From the NCBI GenBank assembly GCA_963575745.1, contig CAUYUJ010000037.1, positions 62,001 to 126,000 of the forward strand: a DNA stretch of 64,000 nucleotides. Reading direction: 5' to 3'. A program made the translations under genes and the position numbers. Source of the DNA: Prorocentrum cordatum (Eukaryota). Shown here in pieces: positions 1 to 12,570 of this stretch (position 1 is the stretch's first letter; every line of letters starts with the position of its first letter). The notes beneath the pieces were generated by a model. The model searched no databases, was not told where the DNA came from, and worked only from the letters and a program-made list of their open reading frames with translations.

Positions 1-941
1 TGAAGCCCAAAGGCTGCCGGCAGCTGCTGGGGATGGGCCGCCCGCTCGAGCGCGGGCGACCTGGCGCCTTCGCGGACGCCGCAGGCCAGGAATAACGCGA
101 CGCAGGCCAACGGGCAGCCCGTTCCAGGGCGCGACGCAGGCCCGTCAAGGCGGCATGCGCGAGCAACAGCGACATGTCTTGGAGGGCGGACGCGCGCGGA
201 GGAGGCGGGCCGGCGCGTGCGAGCGAGGTGGGCAGTAGAAGCAGCAGCACCAGCAACAACGGAGGCCCGAGGGCGTGCCAGCACCCGGGTGGCCCGTCTC
301 AAGTGGTTGCAGTGCGCGCCGCCTGCCTGGGCCGCAGAAACGTAGCGGACGCGGGGCCGACTGGAACTGACCGAACCGGACTGGGACTGGGAGAGAACGG
401 GAGCAGGGGACTGCGCTGAACCAGCACACAGACCAGAGGCTCGCCTCGAGGGCGGCTAGGCTGTCCTTGGGCCAACACGACAACACGGGCAGGGAGACTT
501 CGCCTGCCCCACCTGGGCGAGCCTGGCAAAGGCGCCAGAAGCAGGCAAGCAGCAACGACGTGGCCATGCCTGGAATCTTTGACTGGACCACACGCGATCG
601 CCCTGCTCACCAGCCAGCCAAACTTTCACACGTCGCATGCCGCTCCGGCACAGCGTCCGAGGCTCCACGCTCCCGTGGCCCAGCCGCCTGGCCCCCAGTT
701 GCTGCGCGCCGAATGCTGCGCGACGGTGGCAGCCCTGGGCCACGCAGCCCACGGTGCACGAGTGGCAGCGCCGCGCGCCCTTCCCCCCGCACTGCGGCCT
801 GCTGCGCGGCAGCTCGCGTGGCAGAGGCAAGGAGCCGCGCCGCCCCAGAGCGGCCGCCCTGCCCAGCTGCGCCAGGGGAGCGCCCAACCCGAACACTTGT
901 GGAATGCCATCTGAGAAGATGCAACGCAGGTATGCGTACAC

Positions 942-1012
942 AAACCAACAAACCAACACACAAACAAACCAACAAACCAACCAACAAACAAACAAACAAA
1001 CAAACAAACAAA
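942..1012 (+). repeat. (CAAA)n/(CCAA)n microsatellite
   Basis: Direct reading: caaacaaaccaacaaac... run. Confidence 0.95.
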
Positions 1013-1674
1013 AGCGCCTGTAGGCATCTGAGCGGACTTGAAACGCAGACTACGTGCGCCAACCCTTCCGCTATCCAAGAGGCCCTGCACGACCCCCCGT
1101 GGTTGGCCTTTCAAAAAGCAATACGAACATGTGCCAGCAGCACAAAGCAACGAAGAGCCACTCAATGTGAACAACTGCTTGGCGTCACGTGGAGTTGTTT
1201 GGCATTGCTTGGGGTGGTTGTTTGGCCCTGCTCGGAATTGTTTCGCGTTCCTTGGCATTGCTTAGCAGTGCTCTTTTCGGGGCACTCGTGCGTCATTTGG
1301 GGGTCAACTTGTGCCCTCAGTGACCCTGCATATGCGAAAAGGCGAGAGGGCGAAGCGAACACTATGGATGTTCCAAAAAGGTGTTCGACTAATGTTCGGT
1401 TCTCGGGACAACCCCGGAAAGCTCCGGCGGTCCTTGGAGCCGTCTTGGGACGGTCTTCGGGACCAGTGGAAGTACCTCGGCAACTATCTTAAGCCATCTC
1501 GGGCCCTCGGGTGCCATCCTGCAGGCCTTAGTGGACCATCTTGGGCCCATCTTGGACCACCCTGGGCCTTTTGGAAGCTTAATGGGGGGGCGTCAAAAAG
1601 GCGACGGGATGGTCGCGGGGTGGCGGACACCAGGGGCGATAATAGACGCGACGGGATGGCTACGATATCATTTG

Positions 1675-1862
1675 TATATATATATATATATATATGCAAG
1701 CATACACACATGAATCATATATATATATATACATACATACGTAGTATGTGTGTATGTGTATGTGTATGCGCATGTGCATGTGTATGTGTATGTGTATGTG
1801 TATATATATGTATATGTGTATGTGTATGTGTATGTGTATGTGAATGTGAATGTGTATGTGAA

Positions 1863-1893
<31 letters not shown>

Positions 1894-1910
1894 GTGGATG
1901 TAGATGTGGA

Positions 1911-1959
<49 letters not shown>

Positions 1960-2018
1960 GTGCATGTGTATGTGTATATGTGTATGTGTATGTGTGTATG
2001 TGTATGTGCGTGTGCGTA

Positions 2019-2115
<97 letters not shown>

Positions 2116-3642
2116 GCGTATGTGTATGTGTATGTATGTGTGGCAGCTAGGCAGGTCGGTATGGTGGTGCATGTATAAATGTACGAATTCATGTATGTAT
2201 GTATGGATGGATGGGTGTGCGTTTCTATGTATGTATGTGTGCATGTGTTTATGTATGTATGTGTGTATGTGTATGTCTGGATGTATGTATGTATGGATGG
2301 ACGGACGGATGGATGTATGTATGTATGGATGTAAGTGTGCATGTGTGTATGTGTGTACATATGTTTATTATGTGTGCATGTATGTATGTATGTCTGTATG
2401 TATGTACGTATGTATGCGTACGGGTGCAAGTATATGTATGGATGGATGGATGTATGTATGTGAGTAGGTACGTACGTGTACAAATGTGAGTATGTGTATA
2501 TATGCGTGTATGTACGTTTGTTAGTGCGTGTGTGTCTGTATGTTTGTATGTATGTATGTGTACGTATGTATGTTGTGTATGTGTATGCACGTATGTATGT
2601 ATGTATGTACGTATGTCGGTGCTGCGTATGTCTGCATGGTGTATGCACGTATTTATGTTTGCATGCATGCATGAATGCATGTGCATGCGTGTCTACGTGT
2701 AGTTGTGTATGTATGCATGTATGTATACATGCATGCATGCATGCATGTAGGTGTAGGTGTATGTGTATGTACGTACGTACGCGTGTATGCATCGACATGC
2801 ATGTTTGTACAGATGTACGTACGTATGTATGTACGTACGTATGTGTGTAGGTGTAGGTGTATGTGTAGGTACGTGCCAACATGGGTAGGTAGGTAGGTAA
2901 ATCGGTAGGTAGGTATGCATGTCTGTAGGTAGGTATGTGTGAAGTGTGTGTACGCATGCTTGTAAGCATGATGTATGTATGTATGCACGTCCGGGTTGTA
3001 TGTATGAATGTGTCGTATGGTTCGTAGTGTGTTGTAGCGTCTTGCATTATATGTTATTGGATTGCATTGCATTGCATTGCATGAGATTGGATTGTGTTGA
3101 ATTGGATCGGTTTGGGTTGGAATGTATTCGGTTGGATTCGGTTCGATTGTATGTATGTGTGTATGTATGTACGTATGTATGTATGTATCATGCATGCATG
3201 TATGTATGTATGTGTATGCATGTATGTATGTATGTATGTATGGATGGATGGATGGATGGATGGATGTGTGTATGGATGTATGTATGTATGTATGTATGTA
3301 TGCATGCATGTGTGTATGTATGTATGTATGTGTGTATGTATGTATGTATGTGTGTATGTGTGTATGTATGTGTGTATGCATGTATGTGTGTATGCATGTA
3401 TGTGTGTATGTATGTATAAATGTATGTATGTTTGTGTGTGTATGCATGTATGTATGTATGTATGTATGCATGCATGTATGTATGTATGTTTGTATGTATG
3501 TATGTATGGATGTAGGTAGGTAGGTAGGTAGGTAGGTATGTATGTACGTATGTATGTATGTATGTGTGTATGTATGTATGTATGTATGTATGTATGCATG
3601 GATGTATGTATGTATGTCTGTATGTATGTATGTATATATGTA
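1675..3642 (+). repeat. Compound TA/(TATGTG)n/(TATG)n/(CATG)n/(GATG)n microsatellite field with a pentanucleotide block (attgc/ttgga/ttcgg, ~3055-3150)
   Basis: Direct reading; source of the YVCM/HTYI pseudo-ORFs. Confidence 0.97.
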
Positions 3643-4484
3643 TCCGCCAGCGTGCCTCTGGGCACGGAGCGGGTGTCCTCAGGGTCTTTGCCCTATCCCT
3701 TGAGCCTCAGTCCTCACTGCTGAAAATTCTTTCAGGTGACCCGAGCCCAAACTCTCAAATCCGCCAGGGTTTTTCGCGGTTCCTCTGGGGCCCGTCGCAC
3801 CTCCCCACGTAGAGCTTTTCCGGGCCAAAGAGGACCCCAAGACGGGTTCAGAGGGCCCCAAGAAGCTCCCAAGAAGGCCCAAGACGGCCGCGAGTTGCGG
3901 AACGATCGCCCCAGGACGCTCAAGATGGCCCCCAGACGGCCCAAGAGGCCTCCAAGACGCCCAAAGAGGCCCCCAAAAGGCCCCCAAGAAGGCCCCAAGA
4001 GGCCAAAACTACTGATTTCCCCAAGGCTTGTGAAGGATTTTGGCGTTCTCGCCTTTTCGGCTCCTCGACGCTCCCAGACGGCACTCCAGGCCCCCAAGAC
4101 CGCCCCAGGACGGCCCAAGAGGCCTCGACGGAAGGCCCAAAAACGGCCCGAGACCCAAGACAGCCCAAGAGGCACCCAAAAGGCCGCAAGGCGGCCCCAA
4201 GAGGAGCCAAAAAGAGGGAACACGAACCGAAAATCCGAGCCTTCCGCACCACGAGGCCCCCGGGAGGCCCCAAGAGGCGCCCAGGATGCCCCAAGAGGCC
4301 CCCAAGAAGCCCCCAAGAGGCCCCAAGAGGCCCCCAAGAAGCCCAAGAAAGGCCCCAAGAGTCCCCCAAACGGCCCCCAAGAGGCCTCCAAACTGCCTCC
4401 AAGAGGCCCCCGAGAAGCCTCCCACGAGATCCCAGCGAACATCCAGTAGACTTCGCACCCACAACCCAGGCACGGTGGCGGGAG
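3642..4484 (+). mobile_element. Non-autonomous element with asymmetric inverted arms and a CCAAGA-repeat core (Helitron2/Helentron-like); 3' hairpin missing
   Basis: Head CCGCCAGCGTGCCT (3644-3657) matches inverted arm AGGCACGGTGGCGG (4468-4481) at 13/14; core of ggcccaaga/ctccaaga units; followed immediately by the head of another family at ~4485. Confidence 0.6.
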
Positions 4485-5387
4485 CCGTCGCCCCCTGTTG
4501 ATTCATCACAGGGGTGCCTGGCGTGCTGGACTTCTTACGGTTTTGGTTTTGGTTCTTTTTCCAAGAGAACTCCCCCTGGCGCCCGCCGGGGTCCCGGGAG
4601 GGAGCTCCCGGCCCGCAAAGGACCTCAAGGTCCACAAATTATCCCAGCAAAGCAACCGAACAGCGATGTGTAAAATCATATATGTGTGCACCATCATTTA
4701 GATTCAGATGGCGATTTCATTAATATTCAACTCGGACTCTCATCGTAGACTTTTGCATCAAAGTCTGCAATCGACGGATGTGAGTTTGAACAAGCACTCG
4801 GTATCAACGAATGCAGTTTCAAATGAGACTCTGGTATCTACGTTCACTGCGTGCTCACGGAAGCGTTTGAAGTGGATGATGTGATGATGGCCATGATTGT
4901 TTAAAGTATAGCTTATGTATCAATGAATGCTGCGTTTGATGGCTGCGTTCTTTCGAAGTGTTTTTTCGGACACGCACGAGGAGCACAAATGAGCGCAGCG
5001 TACGGAGCGAGAAAACGGGCAAAAGCTGCAAGCTAAGAAGCATCGCAGACACTCGCAGGCACCGTGCCAACGCGGCCGAGCAGATCATTGGCTTTGGAAG
5101 TAGTCTTCCAATACTGCAGGCTGACAAGCACAGCGGGCATGGAGAGTTGGATCCATCACCTCTTCTGTTCGTCTTCTCGAAGATCGCGCCAGTCTGGCGG
5201 CGATCACAGTCTGGGCATCGTTTGTGGATGTGCTGTTTCCTCCTCCTCCTCTTGGAAGAAGTGCATGGGTCTCCGGGCCATCAAAATATGGTACACGTTT
5301 TCTTATTCCGGGCACTCGAAGAAGACGATGTAGCCTACAGTTGGCTCCGGGCATTGAAAGTGTGGCCCGGGCACGGAGTTTTGGGAA

Positions 5388-6585
<1,198 letters not shown>

Positions 6586-6599
6586 ACTACGACTACAAT

Positions 6600-7060
6600 G
6601 GCGTGTTCTCCACAATGCGTCCCGGGAATGGCATTCTGGGAGATGGAAGAGCAGGAAGTGGCGTGCAGTTGGCTACGGGCATCCAAAATGTGCGCCAGGA
6701 GTGGCAGGAGTGGCATTCGGCGATAGCGTTCGGGGCAATCGAAGAACACGAAGTGGCCTACAGTTGGCTCCGGGCATTCAGAATGTGGCCCGGGAATGGT
6801 GTTCTGGGAAATCGAAGAGCACGAAGTGGCCTACAGTTGGCTCTGGGCATTCAGAATGTGGTCCGGGAATGGCGTTCTGGGAAGTCGAAGAGCACGAAGT
6901 GGCCTACAGTTGGCTCCGGGCATTTAAAATGTGGCCCGGGAATGGTGTTCTGGGAACTCGAAGAGAACGAAGTGTGTGACTGTTGCGTCCGGTTATTCAA
7001 AATGTGGCCCAGGAATGGAGTTCTGGGAGGTCGAAGAGCACGAAGTGTGTGACTGTTGGC
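6600..7060 (+). repeat. 73-bp minisatellite (~6 units), plus an isolated unit at 5318-5388
   Basis: Unit start gaaga(g/a)(c/a)acgaagtg at 6741, 6814, 6887, 6960, 7033. Confidence 0.93.
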
Positions 7061-7111
7061 GAAAAACGAGCCCGGTTCGTCCGCCCGGCGTCCGCCCGGC
7101 AGCTCGCCGAC

Positions 7112-10100
7112 ATCCGCCCAGACCCCCCTGTGGAGTAAGCTGCTGCCCTCTTTTGATCCTACTAGAAACCTATCAGTCTACGCTGTTAGGTAAAAATTCT
7201 CCAAGACGGCTCAAGATGGCCTCCAAGACGGCCATGTTGGCCCAAGATGGCCTCCAAGATGGTCCAGTCCAAGATGGCCTCCAAGTTCGCCCAAGATGGT
7301 CCAAGACAGCCTCCAAGACAGCCCAAGAGAGTCCAAGACGGCCCAAAACGGCCCAAGAGGCCCCCCAGAGGCCTCCAAGACGGCCCCACAGGCCTCCAAG
7401 AGGTCCTCCAGGAGGGCCCGAAGAGGCCAAAATAATTGATTTTCCCTAGGTGCTTGAAAGATTTTGGCATTCGCTTCTTCTCGGCTTTCCGACGACCCAA
7501 GACGGCCCAAGAGGCCCCCAAGATTGCCCCAGCGCCCAAGAGGCCTGCAAGATTGCCTCAGGACTGCCCAAGAGGCCCCCAAGACGGCCCCGAGAGGGCA
7601 CAAAGACGACCCAAGAGGCCGCCAATACGCCCAAGATGGCCTCTAAGACGGCCATGGAGCACCCCAAGAAGGCCCCAATCCGGTCCAGAGAGGCCTCCCA
7701 AACGGCTTCCGACGGCGTCGGACGGGCCAGGGGCCCACCAAAACGGCCGAAGATGGCCCTGAGATGGCCCAAGACGGCCCAAGAGGCCTCCAAGAGGGCC
7801 TCCAGGAAGGCCAGAAAAGGCCAAAAACACTTTCCCAAAGGTTGTTGAAGGATTTTGACATTTGCTTCGTTTCGGCCTTCAGACGGCCCGATACGGCCCA
7901 AGAGCCCCCAAAGATCGCCCAAAGATCGCCCAAGAGGCCTCCAAGATGGCCCCAGAACGACCCAAGAGGCTCCCAAGACGGCCCCAAGAGGCCCCCAAGA
8001 CGGCCCAGGAGGCCTTTGAGACGCCCAAGATGGCCTCCAAGACGGCCCTGGAGCATTCCAAGAGAGCCCCAAGTCGGCTCAGAGAGGCCCCCAAAACGGC
8101 TTCCGACGGCGTCGGACGGGCCAGGGGCTCACCAAAACGGCCGAAGATGGCCCTGAGATGGCCCAAGACGGCCCAAGAGGCCTCCAAGAGGGCTTCCAGG
8201 AAGGCCCGAAAAGGCCACAATCATTGAATTCCTATGAGTTTTTGAAGGAATGTGGCATTTATTTGTTTGTTCCTCCTTCCGGCGGCCCGAGACACAAGAC
8301 GGCCCCAAGAGGCCCCCAAGACGGCCCAAGATGCCTCCAAGACGCTCAAGATGGCCTCCAAGACGGCCCAAGGGGCCTCCAAGACGTCCTCCAAGAAGGC
8401 CCGAAGGGGCCAAACTGGCCTCCAGCCCACGTGTTCCCCGAAGGATTTCCAAACCGATTCGGAGAACACATGGTCCGATAGCTTGGCAGGCATGGCCTCA
8501 ACGTTCGGCCACATAGGCGCTTCCAAAAAGGCAAGGGGGGCGGTGATTCGCCGTAGGCGTCTTCGATCCGCCGCCCCCTGTCGATTCATTGCAGGGGTGC
8601 CTGGCGTGCTGAATCCTCTCGGTGTTGGTGCTTTTCTTTTTCTAAAAGAACTCCCCCTTGGGTTCCAGCGAGTCCCGCCGGGGTCCCGCGAGGATTGCCA
8701 CGGAGCAGGATTTCCCCAATGTTTCCTCCAAGACGGCTGAAGATGACCTCCAAGATGGCCACGTTGGCACAAGATGGCCTCCAAGATGGTCCAAGATGGC
8801 CTCCAAGTCCGCCCAAGAGAGGAGGAGATGCCTCCAAGTCCGCCCGAGAAACCTCCAAGACGGCCCAAGAGGTACCCAAGAGGCCTCCAAGACGGCCCAA
8901 GAGGCCTCCAAGAGGTTCTCCAGGAGAGCCCGAAGAGGCCAAGTCCAAGATGGCCTCCAAGTCCGCCCAAGAGAGGAGGAGATGCCTCCAAGTCCGCCCG
9001 AGAAACCTCCAAGACGGCCCAAGACGGCCCAAGAGGTGCCCAAGAGACCTCCAAGACGGCCCAAGAGGCCTCCAAGAGGTCCTCCAGGAGGGCCCGAGGC
9101 CAAAACAATTGATTTCCCCTGCGTTTGTAAAGGTTTTTCGTATTTGCTCCTTTTCGGCTTTCCGACGACCCAAGACGGCCCCCCCACAGCGTCCAAGAGG
9201 CCCCAAGACGGCCCCAAGAGGGCACAAAGACGACTCAAGAGGCCTCCAAGACGCCCAATATGGCCTCTAAGACGGCCCTGGAGCACCCCGAGGGGGCCCC
9301 AAGTCGGTCCAGAGAGGCCCCCCAAACGGCTTCCGACGGCGTCAGACGGGCCAGGAGCCCACCAAGATGGCCGAAGTTGGCTCGAAGCTGGCCCAAGACG
9401 GCCCAAGAGGCCTCCAAGAGGGCATCCAGGAAGGCCAGAAAAGCCAAAAGCATGGATCTCCACTAGGTTTTTGAAGGATTTTGACATTTGCTTCTTTTCG
9501 GCCTTCCGACGGCCCGAGACGGCCCAAGAGCCCCCAAAGATCGCCCAAAGATCGCCCAAGAGGCCTCCAAGATGGCCCCAGAATGGCCCAAGAGGCTCCC
9601 AAGACGGCCCCAAGAGGCCCCCAAGACGGCCCAGGAGGCTTTTAAGACGCCCAAGATGGACTCCAAGACGGCCCTGGAGCATTCCAAGAGGGCCCCAAGT
9701 CGGCCCAGAGGGGCCCCCCAAACGGCTTCCGACTGCGTCGGACGGGCCAGGAGCTCACCGAAACGGCCGAAGATGGTCCTAAGATGGGCCAATACGGCCC
9801 AAGAGGCTTCCAAGAGGGCCTCCAGGAAGGCCCGAAAAGGCCACAATCATTGATTTCCCATGAGTTGTTGAAGGAGTGTGGCATTTGCTTTTTGTTCGGC
9901 CTTCCGACGGCCCGAGACGGCCCAAGTGCCCCCAAAGATCGCCCAAGAGGCCCAAGACGGCCCTCAGAGGCCCCCAAGACGGCCCAAGATGCCTCCAAGA
10001 CGCTCAAGATGGCCTCCAAGACGGCCCAAGAGCCCTCCAAGACGTCCTCCAAGAATTCCCCAATTTATCAAAATGGCCTCCAGACGGCCAAGATGATCTT

Positions 10101-10509
10101 CGAGATGCCCACGTGTTCCCCGAAGGCTTTCCAAACCGGGTCGGGGAACACATGGTCCGATAGCTTGGCAGGTCTGGCCTCAACGTTCGGCCACATAGGC
10201 GCTTCCAAAAAGGCAGGGGGCGGCGGTGATTCGCCGTAGGCGTCTTCGATGCGCCGCCCCCTGTCGATTCATCGCAGGGGTGCCTGGCGTGCTAGATCCG
10301 TTCGGTTTGGGTTTTGGTTCTTTTTCCAAAAGAACCCCTGGGGCTTCGGTCCGCCCCGACGGCCACTGCCCAGAGCCCAAATCCACAGTTGTTCCTCCAA
10401 GACGGCTCAAGATGGGCTCCAAGATGGCCACGTTGGCCCAAGATGACCTCCAAGATGGTCCAAGATGGCCTCCAAGTCCGCCCAAGAGAGGAGGAGATGC
10501 CTTCAAGTC
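7112..10509 (+). mobile_element. Head-to-tail chain of CCAAGA-core elements (copies ~7112-8566, 8567-10250, 10251-10509 broken)
   Basis: Junction GGGGGCGG(CGG)TGATT-CGCCGTAGGCG-TCTTCGAT|(C/G)CGCCGCCCCCTGTCGATTCAT(C/T)GCAGGGG at ~8535-8597 and ~10214-10280; internal higher-order CCAAGA repeats are collinear between copies. Confidence 0.75.
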
Positions 10510-10750
10510 CCCGACGAGAAAGACGACGACGCCTCCAGGGACGACAGCTGGGACGGTCGGCAGAAGGTGAGCACTCCCTGGAAAGAGAGGTCTAGAGACT
10601 CCTCGGCACCTCCTGTCTTTCACGGGCTCGAACATCTGCAGCTTTATCGAGACAACTTGAGTTCGTGGAAGTTGACAGGTTACAAGCCAAAGAACCAAGC
10701 AGGAAAGGTTCTCGAATCCCTTCCGATAGAGTTGCAAGCGAAGTTCCTCG
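10510..10750 (+). pseudogene. Fragment resembling the N-terminus of a copia-type gag
   Basis: Translation ...RDSSAPPVFHGLEHLQLYRDNLSSWKLTGYKPKNQAGKVLESLP resembles the PPxFDG...W...QAG motif of retrotransposon gags (recognised by eye). Confidence 0.45.
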
Positions 10751-10979
10751 AAAGAGGCGACAGTTTCGCAGATCGCAGCCCCCCAGGGACGGCGAGGTCT
10801 CGCTCAGATCTGCGCGGTGCCTCACTCCGCTGGACCCACCAGCAGCCCTCGAAAGTGGCGACAATTTCGCAGGTCGCAGCCCCCCAGGGACGGCGACCAC
10901 AGGGGGGGGCGGGAGGAGGAGGACGCGACCACACCCCTCTATTCAAAACGAATACCCAACCAAGGAGGGTTGGGAAAAA
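10745..10979 (+). mobile_element. Terminal fragment of a ~100-bp-unit element ending in the hairpin CCCAACC-N6-GGTTGGG plus A-run
   Basis: Units (cctcgaaagtggcgaca...cgcagccccccaggga) and terminus ctctattcaaaacga.. are shared with 55555-56437. Confidence 0.7.
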
Positions 10980-12375
10980 GAACCAAACCCAAAACCGAAA
11001 GGATTCAGCACGCCAGGCACCCCTGCGATGAATCGACAGGGCGCGGCGGACCGAAGGCGCCTACGGCGAATCACCGCCGCCCCCTGCCCTTGTGGGAGCG
11101 CCTGTGTGGCTGACAGCTGGGCCAGAGCGTGGCCAAGCTGGCGGACCAGTTCTTCCCCGACTCTCTTTGGAGAGCCTTCGGGTAACGCGTGGTGGAGCAA
11201 GAGGTTTGAAAGCGCTCATGCGTCCGAGCCTTGTGGCAAGAGCTCTGCCAAGCTGTCGGACCATGTGTTCCCCCAACCGTTGTGGAAGATGGCGGGGAAG
11301 ATCAGGAGGAGGAGGAGGATGAGGAGGACGAGAAGGAAAAAGAAGGAGGAGAAGGAGGAGGAACATAAGGAGGAGGAGGAGGAGGAGGAGATGAGGATGA
11401 GTCTTGGGCGTCTTGGAGGCCTCTTGGGCCGTCATAGGGGCCTCTTAGGGCCGTCGTCTTTGGCCTCTTGGGCGATCTTTGGGGGCACTTAGGCCGTCTC
11501 GGGCCGTCGGAAGGCAGGAACAAAGTAAATGCCATAATCCTTCAAGAACTCATTGGAAATCAATGAGTTTCGCCTTTTCTGGCCTTCCTGGAGACCCTCT
11601 TGGAGGTCTCTTGGGCCGTCTTGGGCCATCTCAGGGCCATCTTCGGCCGTCTTGGTGGGCTCCTGGCCCGTCGGACGCCGTGGGAAGCCGTTTGGGGGGC
11701 CTCTCTGGGTCTACTTGGGGCCCTCTTGGAATGCTCCAGGGCCGTCTTGGAGGCCATCTTGGGCGTCTTGAAAGCCTCCTGGGCCGTCGCCTCTTGGGGC
11801 CGTCTTGGGGGCCTCTTGGGCCGTTCTGGGGCCATCTTGGAGAGGCCGAAAAGAAGCAACATCCGTGTTTTTGGCCTTTTCGGGCCTTCCTGGAAGCCCT
11901 CTTGGAGGCCTCTTGGGCCGTCTTGGGCCAGCTTCGAGCCAACTTCGGCCATCTTGGTGGGCTCCTGGCCCATCTGACGCCGTCGGAAGCCGTTTGGGGG
12001 GCCTCTCTGGACTTGGGGCCCTCTTGGGGTGCTCCAGGGCCGTCTCAGAGGCCATCTTGGGTGTCTTGGAAGCCTCTTGGGTCGTCTTTGTGCCCTCTTG
12101 GGGCCGTCTTGGGGGCCTCTGGGGCAGTCCTGAGGCCAACTTGGAGGCCTCGTGGGCGCTCTGGGGGCGATCTTGAGGGCCTCTTGGGCCGTCTTGGGTC
12201 GTCGGAAAGCCGAAACGGAGCAAATACGAAAAACCTTAAAACAATCCAAGGAAAATCACTGCTTTGGCCTCTTCGGGCCCTCCTGGAGGACCTCTCGGAG
12301 GCCTCTTGGGCCGTCTTGGAGGCCTCTTGGGTACCTCTTGGGCCGTCTTGGGCTGTCTTGGAGGTTTCTCGGGCG
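10975..12375 (-). mobile_element. Inverted remainder of the CCAAGA-core element plus tail/head junction of the next copy
   Basis: Reverse complement is collinear with 8996-10250; inverted junction at ~11000-11090. Confidence 0.8.
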
Positions 12376-12570
12376 CATCATGCAGCCCACGAGCCCCACC
12401 AAGAAGAGTCAGCCCACGGACCGTGCTCACCTTCTCCCTTGTCATCCTTCTTGCCGGTCTCTACCCTGGCTGAAGACCCGCGAGCACCGTGAGTCCCCGT
12501 AATGTCGCCCCCCTCCTGCTCGCCCGCTCCCACGCTCCGCTTACCATTGTCGGCGTCGTCGTCAGACATC
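12376..12570 (-). pseudogene. Possible gag 5' fragment (MSDDDADNGK...GPWADSSWWGSW)
   Basis: Acidic/Trp-rich ORF start; shares agaaggtgagcac with 10562; abuts the 10510 fragment once the inversion is undone. Confidence 0.3.

Noticed and set aside
1..930. GC-rich unique sequence with several possible splice sites
   Set aside because: Several frames are open on both strands; no reading or product could be supported
1660..3665. Long ORFs of YVCM/HTYI type (also 26.3-27.3, 49.1-50.2 and 53.9-54.2 kb)
   Set aside because: Translations of microsatellites that lack stop codons
7170..12500. Many 100-370 aa Pro/Arg/Lys-rich or LGPSW-rich ORFs
   Set aside because: Open in several frames on both strands of the CCAAGA repeat; no domain signal
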